Assembly (NCBI GenBank): GCA_027339745.1
Contig: DAHWNW010000002.1
Coordinates: 55,725-119,724 of the forward strand
DNA length: 64,000 bases
Direction: 5' to 3'
Source of the DNA: Nitrososphaerota archaeon
GTDB lineage: Archaea; Thermoproteota; Nitrososphaeria; Nitrososphaerales; Gagatemarchaeaceae
Part shown: positions 45,460-53,083 of the stretch, in pieces
How the letters are laid out: every line of letters begins with the position of its first letter
How positions within the stretch are numbered: position 1 is the stretch's first letter
Position numbers and translations under genes: made by a program
The notes under the pieces: model-generated
What the model was told of the DNA's origin: nothing
Database searches by the model: none
What the model saw: only the letters and a program-made list of their open reading frames with translations

Positions 45460-46113
45460 CTACTGCTTCGACTTCTTGGCCTTCTCCCAGTCGTCGAGGA
45501 AGCGCTTCAAACCCGAGTCTGTCAGGGGATGTTGCATCATCTTCTCCATGACCTCGGGGGGCATCGTTGCAATGTCCGCCCCCGCCTTGGCAGCTTCTAG
45601 GACGTGCTGGGGGTGCCTTATGCTCCCGACGAGGACCTCTGCCTTCAGCTGGTAGTTGTCCCTGATCTTGACCAGGTCTTCAACGAGATCCATCCCGCGC
45701 TGCCCTATGTCATCCAGCCTACCTATGAAGGGGCTTATGAATGACGCCCCCGCCTTCGCCGCCAGGAGACCCTGGTTGGCTGAGAAGACGAGGGTCATGT
45801 TGACCCTCATCCCCATTCCACAAATGGTCTTCGTGGCTCTAAGGCCCTCCGGGATAATCGGTATCTTCACTACGACGTTGGGGGCCATGGCTGAGATTCT
45901 CTTAGCCTCGGTCACCATCCCGTCGAAGTCCGTGGCCACCACCTCGACGCTGACGTCCCCCCTGACCTCCTTGCAAATCCCCGTTATGATATCCTCAAAG
46001 TCTCCAGGCTCCTTGGAGACAAGGGTGGGGTTGGTGGTGACCCCGTCTACCACCCCCATCTGGTTGAGCTTCCTTATCTGCGCGAGGTTGGCCGTGTCGA
46101 GGAAGAGCTTCAT
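45460..46113 (-). CDS. tal: Transaldolase (short TalC/fructose-6-phosphate aldolase type)
   Basis: 'MKLFLDTANL', 'GVTTNPTL', 'VVKIP', 'NMTLVFS', 'SPFIGRLDD'. Confidence 0.9.
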   Translation of the reverse strand: MKLFLDTANLAQIRKLNQMGVVDGVTTNPTLVSKEPGDFEDIITGICKEVRGDVSVEVVATDFDGMVTEAKRISAMAPNVVVKIPIIPEGLRATKTICGMGMRVNMTLVFSANQGLLAAKAGASFISPFIGRLDDIGQRGMDLVEDLVKIRDNYQLKAEVLVGSIRHPQHVLEAAKAGADIATMPPEVMEKMMQHPLTDSGLKRFLDDWEKAKKSKQ

Positions 46114-46146
46114 CGTAGCGGAGTTTCCTGGCTTTGATAGTTAAGC

Positions 46147-47088
46147 CTACTGTCCCTTCAGCCCGAGGGAGGCCTGCTCGATGTTAGCGGCCGTCAGCCC
46201 GTACTTGCGGAGAAGCTCCCCCGCCTCGCCGCTCTCCCCGAAGGTATCCATTACGCCGACGCGGCGCATGGGGACCGGGTAACGCTCGCCGAGGACCTCT
46301 GCCACGGCCGAACCCATCCCTCCCATGATGTTGTGCTCCTCGGCGGTAACCACGCGCCCGCACTTCCGGGCGAGCTTCACAAGGGTCTCCGAGTCTATTG
46401 GCTTGATGGTGTGCAGGTCCACCACCGACGCAGAGACCCCCTTCGAGCTAAGGGACTCTGCAGCCTTGAGCGCTTCCGGGACCATGATGCCACAGGCGAC
46501 GATCGCCACGTCCCCCCCTTCCCTCAGGACGTTGGCCCTGCCGAGCTCGTACTGGAAGCCGGCGTCGTAGACGACGGGGGTGGACGACCTCGTGAGCCGG
46601 ACGTAGAAGGGTCCCGGGATCGTCGCTATCGCCTTGATGGAGGCCTTGGTGGAGACGGCGTCTGAAGGGACTATGACCTTCATCTTCGGCACCGCCCTCA
46701 TTATCGCTATGTCTTCGACCTGCTGGTGGGACGCCCCGTCTGGACCCACGGAGATACCTCCGTGCGAGCAGACGATCTTCACGTCAAGGTTCGGATAGGC
46801 GATGTTGTTGCGTATCTGGTCCACCGACTTGCCTGGGACGAATATGGCGTAAGTCCCGGCATAGGCGATCTTCCCTGCCAGGGCCATCCCAGCGGCGATG
46901 GAGACGAGGTTCTGCTCGGCTATACCCACGTTGAAGAACCGCTCAGGGAACTTAGTCGCGAAGACCCCCGACTTCAGCGAGCCCGTGGTATCTGCCCCCA
47001 CGACTACCACGTCCTTGTTCTCCGCGCCCAATTCCAGCAGCGCGTCGCCGTACGCGTCCCTCATGGCGGCCGTCTTGGAGAGCATCAA
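46147..47088 (-). CDS. Transketolase, C-terminal (Pyr/TK-C) subunit
   Basis: 'FFNVGIAEQNLVSIAAGMA', 'GPDGASHQ'. Split-gene arrangement with the N-terminal subunit at 47776-48594. Confidence 0.9.
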   Translation of the reverse strand: MMLSKTAAMRDAYGDALLELGAENKDVVVVGADTTGSLKSGVFATKFPERFFNVGIAEQNLVSIAAGMALAGKIAYAGTYAIFVPGKSVDQIRNNIAYPNLDVKIVCSHGGISVGPDGASHQQVEDIAIMRAVPKMKVIVPSDAVSTKASIKAIATIPGPFYVRLTRSSTPVVYDAGFQYELGRANVLREGGDVAIVACGIMVPEALKAAESLSSKGVSASVVDLHTIKPIDSETLVKLARKCGRVVTAEEHNIMGGMGSAVAEVLGERYPVPMRRVGVMDTFGESGEAGELLRKYGLTAANIEQASLGLKGQ

Positions 47089-47774
47089 CGCCGCCTCCCC
47101 GCGCTCTCGGCGATCTCCCTCAGCGCCGCTATCGCCCTCACCGGGTCCTTCGTCCCATAGACGCCTGCCCCTGCGACCATGACGTTGCCTCCCCGCCTAA
47201 CGACCTCCCGCACGTTCTCCGGCTCCACCCCCCCGTCGACCTCGATGTCAGTCTCAAGGCCTTTCTCGTCGACGTACTCCCTCGCCTTCTGGAGCTTAGG
47301 GAGGACGGCGGTGTCCATCCTCTGCCCGCTGAAACCGGGGCTCACCGTCATGATGACCAGCGTCGAGATCTTGTCAAGGCGCGCCAGGGCCCACCCTGGG
47401 ACCTCGGTCTCCGGCTTCACTGCCAACCCCACCTCCCGCCCCCTGGCCCTCACGGCTCGAAAAAGTTCGTCGAACCTCCTCTCGTTCAGGACCTCGGCAT
47501 GGAAGGTGACGATGTCTGACCCGGCGTCCAAGAACTTGTCCACGTAGGCCTGCGGGTTCTCCACCATAAGATGAGTATCGAACTTCAGGTCGGTCCTCTG
47601 CCTCAGGGCCTTCACGGTCCCCGGCCCGAAGGTGATGTTGGGGGCGAAGTGACCGTCTATGATGTCTAGGTGCACCTGGTCGGCGCGGCCCCGCACGGCG
47701 ATCTCCACAGCACCTCTCAGGTCCCCCAGGTCCCACGCGATAACAGACGGCGCAATCCTAATCCCGTTCATCAC
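47085..47774 (-). CDS. rpe: Ribulose-phosphate 3-epimerase
   Basis: 'IAPSVIAWDL', 'HLDIIDGHFAPNITFG', 'HLMVENP', 'MTVSPGFSGQ', 'DGGV'. Confidence 0.9.
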   Translation of the reverse strand: MMNGIRIAPSVIAWDLGDLRGAVEIAVRGRADQVHLDIIDGHFAPNITFGPGTVKALRQRTDLKFDTHLMVENPQAYVDKFLDAGSDIVTFHAEVLNERRFDELFRAVRARGREVGLAVKPETEVPGWALARLDKISTLVIMTVSPGFSGQRMDTAVLPKLQKAREYVDEKGLETDIEVDGGVEPENVREVVRRGGNVMVAGAGVYGTKDPVRAIAALREIAESAGRRR

Positions 47775-47775
47775 A

Positions 47776-48594
47776 TCACCCTAGTTCGCTCAGCACGTCA
47801 CGGAGCTTGTCCTTGGCCGGCGGGGTTCCGTGGTAATGTGGAGACCACTCCATGAACGAGATCCCTTTACCCTTCACCGTGTGGGCTATGATCACGGTCG
47901 GCCTGTTTCTTGTGCTGATCGCAAGGTCAAAGCCGTCCATCAGCTGTGGGAGGTCGTAGCCGTCCACCTCGATCACGTTCCAGTTGAATGCACGCCACTT
48001 CGCAGCCAGGGGCTCCAGAGGCATCACCTGCTCTGTCAGACCGTCCTGCTGGATGCCGTTCCTATCGATTATCGCAGTGAGGTTGTCGAGGCGGAACTTC
48101 GACGCCGCCATGGCTGCCTCCCACACCTGCCCCTCCTGTTGCTCGCCGTCCCCCATGAGCACGTACGTCCGGAACGGCCTTGCGTCAAGCTTGGCCACCA
48201 GGGATGTCCCCACCGCGAGTGATAGTCCGATCCCCTCCGACCCCGCCGGCGCCTCTACGCCAGGGATCCCCATCGAAGGGTGCCCCTGGAGCCGGGAGCC
48301 AATCTTCCGGAGGGTCATCAGCTCTTCGACCGGGAAATAGCCGGCCTGCGCCAGAATCGAATAGAGGAGCGGGGCCGCGTGCCCCTTGCTCAGGAAGAAC
48401 CTGTCCCTGTCTGGCCACTTCGGGTTCTTGGGGTCGTGGCGCATCACGCGGAAGTATAGGGTGACGAGCAGTTCGACCGCGGACAACGACCCCCCGGGGT
48501 GTCCTGATCCAGCCTCCGCCAGTGCCTCGAGTATCAGCTTCCGGGTGTTCCTCGCCGTCTCCTTTAGCCTGACGACCTCCTGGGCTGTCTCCAC
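47776..48594 (-). CDS. Transketolase, N-terminal (TPP-binding) subunit
   Basis: 'GSGHPGGSLS', 'DRFFLSKGHA', 'GSEGIGLS', 'GDGEQQEG'. GTG start overlaps the kinase stop by 1 nt. Confidence 0.9.
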   Translation of the reverse strand: METAQEVVRLKETARNTRKLILEALAEAGSGHPGGSLSAVELLVTLYFRVMRHDPKNPKWPDRDRFFLSKGHAAPLLYSILAQAGYFPVEELMTLRKIGSRLQGHPSMGIPGVEAPAGSEGIGLSLAVGTSLVAKLDARPFRTYVLMGDGEQQEGQVWEAAMAASKFRLDNLTAIIDRNGIQQDGLTEQVMPLEPLAAKWRAFNWNVIEVDGYDLPQLMDGFDLAISTRNRPTVIIAHTVKGKGISFMEWSPHYHGTPPAKDKLRDVLSELG

Positions 48595-49664
48595 TATCTC
48601 CTCACCGGCACCTGCACTATCCTGCTCACAAAGTCACCCGCGCCGAGCGCCTTCTCTTCGAGGTTGTGCGGCGACAGAGACGCGATCCTGGGGAGCTCGC
48701 TCTTCGCTTGCCCCGCTATGTTGCTGAGGATGGCGGCTTGGTAGGGGTTCCCTCCTGAGGCCACCGCGAGGCTGAAGACCCCGGTCATGGCGTCCCTTAC
48801 CCCCACCTTGCTGAAGAGGTTCTTCTTCCCCTCGATGGGCGGGAAGAGGGTGACGTTCTCCTTGTCGAAGAGCGTGACCCCTTGCTCGCCCCGGGTGACG
48901 AGTATCGCTTTGGACTCCAGGCGGCTCAGGAGGTTGACGCCCATGTTCCTGAGGCTTGTCTCATTGACCATGGCCATCCCGGTGGCGTGCTCCGCCTCTT
49001 CGAGGTTCGACTTTACGTAGGTGACCCCGGAGAAGTCAAGGTAGTGCCTCATTTTCGGCTGCCCCACGATTATCTTCCCCAAAGAGTGCGCGGCCGTCAC
49101 CATCCCTCCGATCAGGTAGCTTGTCACGGCACCCCGGTCGTAGTCAGAGATTATCACGCAGTCGACGTCTGCTATCTGGGGCTCGGCCTCGGCTAGGAGT
49201 CTCTTCGACAGGGGCGCCGGCGCGTCCCTCCTGTCCTCCTTGTCTACCCTCAGGGCGTGGAAGTTGTTCACGAGGTACCATGTCCTGAGCGAGGTCGGCC
49301 TGGAAGAGTCGGTGATCACCCCACTGAAGGAAAGCCCGTACTTCGTGAACTCTGACTTCAGCCAGGTCCCGTACTCGTCTGACCCGACCAGTCCCACCAG
49401 CTTTACCGACGCACCCAGGGAGACCAGCTCCCTTGAGAGGTTGGCAGCGCCCCCGGGCAGGAGCGTCTGCCCCACGAAGTCACCCGCTGGCACCGGAGCC
49501 TCTCGAGCGAGCTTGCGCGCCGCGATTTCGACGAAACGGCTTACGAGAAGGTCGCCCACTACAAGAACCCTACGCCCCTGGAACTGGCGGAGGACCGAGG
49601 CCAGTCGTTCCCCGTCGACCGAGTCCAGCGGCAACCTTTTTTCGGAAATTACTCGGCCAGGCAC
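48594..49664 (-). CDS. PfkB-family sugar kinase, HldE/RfaE domain-I-like (heptose-7-phosphate kinase-like)
   Basis: N-terminus 'RRVLVVGDLLVSRFVE...REAPVPAG...LPGGAANLSRELVSLGASVKLVGLVGSDEYG' is collinear with the RfaE kinase domain pattern (VxGDxxxDxY...PEAPVPV...GGAANV). Confidence 0.7.
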   Translation of the reverse strand: MPGRVISEKRLPLDSVDGERLASVLRQFQGRRVLVVGDLLVSRFVEIAARKLAREAPVPAGDFVGQTLLPGGAANLSRELVSLGASVKLVGLVGSDEYGTWLKSEFTKYGLSFSGVITDSSRPTSLRTWYLVNNFHALRVDKEDRRDAPAPLSKRLLAEAEPQIADVDCVIISDYDRGAVTSYLIGGMVTAAHSLGKIIVGQPKMRHYLDFSGVTYVKSNLEEAEHATGMAMVNETSLRNMGVNLLSRLESKAILVTRGEQGVTLFDKENVTLFPPIEGKKNLFSKVGVRDAMTGVFSLAVASGGNPYQAAILSNIAGQAKSELPRIASLSPHNLEEKALGAGDFVSRIVQVPVRR

Positions 49665-49668
49665 CTAG

Positions 49669-50175
49669 TTAAAGCTTGGGAGGTCTCTGCTCATCCGACG
49701 CCTCCTCCCACTTCTCCGCGAGCAGCTCGCCGACGACCTCGACGGCCCTCCTCAGCTCCCTGTCCATGGCGAGCGGGTCGTACCCCTTAGGGGGCGGGTA
49801 GTCGAGGAACTTCTGGTTGGGGTCTGCCCCGACGAAGTCCTTGCTGGCCTCGTATATGGCCATGAGCGCGGGCCCGTCCAGCTTCCTTAGCTCTGACTTC
49901 CAGGCGTGGTGGAACCCCTTATCTGAAAGGAAGGTGAGCTTGACGTCCCCTTCTGCCTCCTTCTTCACGTCCGCCCAGAAGACTCTGTCGAACTCGCTGG
50001 ACCCGACCTTCCCAGACTTGAGCTTAGACTCATAGGAGCTGATAAGAGCCGGAACCGCTTCTGCGGGTATCTCGAAGTGCGCCGCAATCTGCGCTTCCGT
50101 GAGGCCGAGCCCCTTCAGGTGGTAGGACCCTTCTTCCAGTACCTCCTCGCTGATTTCACTGTCTGATGGAGGCAA
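49669..50175 (-). CDS. Hypothetical acidic protein
   Basis: Ordinary composition; no motif recognised. Confidence 0.45.
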   Translation of the reverse strand: MPPSDSEISEEVLEEGSYHLKGLGLTEAQIAAHFEIPAEAVPALISSYESKLKSGKVGSSEFDRVFWADVKKEAEGDVKLTFLSDKGFHHAWKSELRKLDGPALMAIYEASKDFVGADPNQKFLDYPPPKGYDPLAMDRELRRAVEVVGELLAEKWEEASDEQRPPKL

Positions 50176-50468
50176 CAGTTCGGCTGGCTCCAGCTCGGCT
50201 TTAAGATGTGCGCACCCTCCCTGCAGTCGCGGTGCCCATGCAGTGATTGGGGTGCCTGGTCTGACCCCGGCCTCGAACGTCCATAGAAGTCCGAGGGGCT
50301 GAATCCGTTCAACACGAGGGCGGAAGTACGAAGAGGACGTGGCTGCTGTCTTTTAGATTAGGACGACTGGAAACCCAGAACACACGGGGTGGACCGGCAG
50401 ATGCGCTGGAGTCATGCCCCTTCCCTTTAGCAAGTAGCCGCCGCGCCAGGGACGGGGCGGCCCGGCGG

Positions 50469-50780
50469 TCAGCGCTTCTTGACATACAGATAACCTCCCT
50501 CCTCCCTTACGTCGTAAAGGGGCTCGTCAGGGAGGGGCTCGTCGAATATCCCCTTCCCCGTCTTGAGGTCCCAAACCGTCCCATGCCCGGCGCAGGTGAC
50601 CTCCGTGTCCACCAGGGTCCCCTCAGAGAGGTCCCACTCTTCATGCGTGCAGTAGGCCCCAATCCCATAGTACTTCCCGTCGACGTTGGCGATGAGGATA
50701 GACTCCCCCCCGACCTCTACGGTCAGCATCGAATCAGGCGGGACCTTCGAGGCTTCGACGGCTTTCGCGAAGTCAGCCAT
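50469..50780 (-). CDS. Rieske [2Fe-2S] domain ferredoxin-like protein
   Basis: 'YCTHEEW' (CxH) and 'CAGHGTVW' (CxxH) about 20 aa apart. Confidence 0.8.
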   Translation of the reverse strand: MADFAKAVEASKVPPDSMLTVEVGGESILIANVDGKYYGIGAYCTHEEWDLSEGTLVDTEVTCAGHGTVWDLKTGKGIFDEPLPDEPLYDVREEGGYLYVKKR

Positions 50781-50967
50781 GGCAGGCGCACCCCGGCCGG
50801 GCGCTAAAATCTTTACCCAATCACCCCCTATCCGCCTGCCGTAGCACGTCGTCCGTTCGGTGTCGTCGGGACGATCGCCAGGCGCGAGAATGTGTCAGGC
50901 ACTAGGGACCCCTGGCCGAAGCCCCCGACTCGCAGGGCTGGCCGGGCCTGCCCTGAGCTCGGATGAA

Positions 50968-51675
50968 TCAGTCTGGCCTTGGGGCGGGGGCGGTCATGGC
51001 TTCTTCGAGCTCCTTCAGGTCCTTCAGCGAGTCGACGAACGTCCACTCACCATAATATGGGTAGGAGAGTAGCGCCCCGTAGGTGACTAGTTTGGGGAAG
51101 GTCTCCCTCTCTATGTCCCCCTTGTCAGGCAGGTTCTTCGCGATCCTTGGCCCGTTGAGGACATAGACCCCGCCGTTGATCCATACGTCAGGGAAGGCCG
51201 GCTTCTCGTCGAACCCTCTGATCATCTTGAGCTTGTCTATCTTCACCACGCCGAATCTTGACCGGTAAGGGACCACGAGCATGGAGGCTGAAACCCCGCC
51301 GGCCCCGCCGTAGTCGTCGATCATCCTCTTCAACGGGAGGTCGGTGACGATGTCCCCGTTGGTGACCACGAAGGTCTCTTCGGACGGGTACTTCGCTATA
51401 GCTTTCTTGATCCCGCCGCCTGTCCCGAGTGGCTCGGCCTCCACGGAGTAGTCCACGGCGACCCCTTCGAAGCTCGCCCCGAAGTGCTCCCTCAGCCTCT
51501 CCCACTTGTAGCCGCAGGCGAAGGTCACAGCGTCGACGCCTCCCTCCTTGACCAGCCACTGGATTTGGTACTCGGCGATCGGCTTGCCGTTGACAGGTAT
51601 CAGGGCCTTAGGCTTGTCGTCTGTCAGGGGTCGCAGTCGCATCCCCAGGCCGCCGCTGAGAATGATCGCCCTCAT
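50968..51675 (-). CDS. Sugar-1-phosphate nucleotidyltransferase
   Basis: 'MRAIILSGGLGMRLRPLTDDKPKALIPV' signature. ATG at 51673-51675; the longer track ORF prefix is Arg/Gly/His-rich. Confidence 0.8.
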   Translation of the reverse strand: MRAIILSGGLGMRLRPLTDDKPKALIPVNGKPIAEYQIQWLVKEGGVDAVTFACGYKWERLREHFGASFEGVAVDYSVEAEPLGTGGGIKKAIAKYPSEETFVVTNGDIVTDLPLKRMIDDYGGAGGVSASMLVVPYRSRFGVVKIDKLKMIRGFDEKPAFPDVWINGGVYVLNGPRIAKNLPDKGDIERETFPKLVTYGALLSYPYYGEWTFVDSLKDLKELEEAMTAPAPRPD

Positions 51676-51743
51676 CGTCGAGCGGACATCCCTCGGGGAG
51701 ACCGCTCGATAAATGCTTCCCTGGCGTTTTGCGGCGCGTGAGG

Positions 51744-52148
51744 CTACAACGTCACGTTGAGGGAGCCGACGAGAGAGACAGGGACGTCCGTAGCGGTGGT
51801 CGTGAAGACAGTGGCGGTGTATGCCCCCGACGGCACCGTGGGGGACACGGCCACGAAACACTGCACCTCCTGGCCTGCCGAGAATGAACAAGAGGCTACG
51901 TTCCAATAGACGACCTGGCCGGCATGGTTGGTCAAGCCAAGGTAGACGAACGAGGTGAAGGACGTGGCGTAGGTGCTGGTGTAGTTCACCATCACCCCCT
52001 GGTAGCTGCCGATTGTGACCTGCTTCATCCCTGACTGTGAAATCGCGTTGGTGAGGTAGTCTGGGGCCGCCGCGCTGCTGAGAGGCGCCATTGAGACCAG
52101 GAGCAAGCAGACAGCCAGCAGGAACAAACCGGGCAGGTGCGACCTCAA
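51744..52148 (-). CDS. Small secreted protein homologous to the C-terminal domain of the 992-aa surface protein
   Basis: Signal peptide 'MRSHLPGLFLLAVCLLLVSMAPLSSAAA'. The C-terminal about 68 aa align without gaps to the end of the 53084-56062 product. TATA-like 'TTATATAC' lies about 25-30 nt upstream. Confidence 0.6.
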   Translation of the reverse strand: MRSHLPGLFLLAVCLLLVSMAPLSSAAAPDYLTNAISQSGMKQVTIGSYQGVMVNYTSTYATSFTSFVYLGLTNHAGQVVYWNVASCSFSAGQEVQCFVAVSPTVPSGAYTATVFTTTATDVPVSLVGSLNVTL

Positions 52149-52294
52149 TCCAAGAGTCGCGTTGCAGTTTCAGTATATAATCCTAACAATGTGAAAGTGC
52201 TCAGCTTGACGGCCAAGCGGACGAAGGCGAGGCGACCTAGCTTGGAAGGGCTGCGTCCCACCAGGACTTGCACCAGAGCTTACGCTAGGGTTGC

Positions 52295-52308
52295 TAAAAT
52301 AAAGAAAG
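52295..52308 (-). terminator. T-rich terminator candidate (TTTCTTTATTTT on the minus strand)
   Basis: Lies about 15-30 nt downstream of the TAA stop of the 251-aa gene. Confidence 0.4.
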
Positions 52309-52323
52309 GGTCAGGAGAGTCTC

Positions 52324-53079
52324 TTACGAGATCTTCCTGACTAAAATTGCTAGCTCTAGGACTAGGGTTATCGCTGCGAGTACGGCGACTACCAAGACAT
52401 ACGTCTGGGTAGCCGAGATGGCGCTGCCCGAGGGCAACGAAGACTGGATGCTGTTGACCGTTGTCTGGATGCTCCCCACCGTGGAGGTAAGGCCGTTGAT
52501 GTTGCTGAGGATGGTGCCAACGTTGGTGCTGATTGTCCCCACAGTAGAGGAGATTGTCCCCACCGCAGAGGAGACGGTGCCCAACGTCGATGTGATGGCG
52601 GCAAGGTCGTTCATTATCGTCTGCTGGTTCGCCAGCACCTTGTTCAGGGTGGCGTTGACCTGCAGGAGCGCTGCGGTCTCGTTGAACGATGATGACGCCG
52701 GTGCAGTGTATGTGAAGGTGGTTGTACCCGTCGCTCCGTATGAATCGAGGGCCGTGATTGTGTAAGTCCCGCTGATCCAGGCCGACGTTCCGCCGACAGC
52801 CGTCGAATAGGTGAACGAGCCGCTTGAGACGGTCACGCTCGCAATGTCGACTGTCTGGCCTGATGGGTTCTTTACGGTGAGACCCACCTGGTCGGGTTGG
52901 GTCGGTGCGGGGCTTATGGTGCCGGAGATCGTGTAGGCCTGCGAGCCGCTGTATGAGGCGCCGGCCGCTGGGCTGGTGAACGTTATGCTACCAGCAGCGG
53001 TGGCGATCATAGGCGAAAGCGCAAGGACCAGCGCGATCGAGACTGCGGCGATTGCTGGGAGTGTCTTCATGGTGGCCAC
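52324..53079 (-). CDS. SlaB-like S-layer stalk candidate: signal peptide, beta domain, heptad coiled coil, C-terminal TM anchor
   Basis: 'MATMKTLPAIAAVSIALVLALSPMIATAAG' signal, about 110-aa Ser/Thr-rich domain, about 12 consecutive heptads, and C-terminal 'YVLVVAVLAAITLVLELAILVRK'. Starts 4 nt after the upstream gene. Confidence 0.6.
   Translation of the reverse strand: MATMKTLPAIAAVSIALVLALSPMIATAAGSITFTSPAAGASYSGSQAYTISGTISPAPTQPDQVGLTVKNPSGQTVDIASVTVSSGSFTYSTAVGGTSAWISGTYTITALDSYGATGTTTFTYTAPASSSFNETAALLQVNATLNKVLANQQTIMNDLAAITSTLGTVSSAVGTISSTVGTISTNVGTILSNINGLTSTVGSIQTTVNSIQSSLPSGSAISATQTYVLVVAVLAAITLVLELAILVRKIS
52445..52600 (-). repeat. Tandem 21-bp coding repeats (7-residue xVGTISS units)
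   Basis: For example, GATTGTCCCCACAGTAGAGGA followed by GATTGTCCCCACCGCAGAGGA on the plus strand, encoding TLGTVSS/AVGTISS/TVGTIST/NVGTILS/NINGLTS/TVGSIQT/TVNSIQS. Confidence 0.8.
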
Positions 53080-53083
53080 CCGA

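Noticed and set aside
50240-50320. tRNA-like hairpins (GGGGU-GCCUGGUCUG-ACCCC; CCUCG...CGAGG on the minus strand) in the intergenic region upstream of the Rieske gene.
   Set aside because: No acceptor-stem closure, no T-loop consensus and no U33-containing 7-nt loop could be assembled on either strand.
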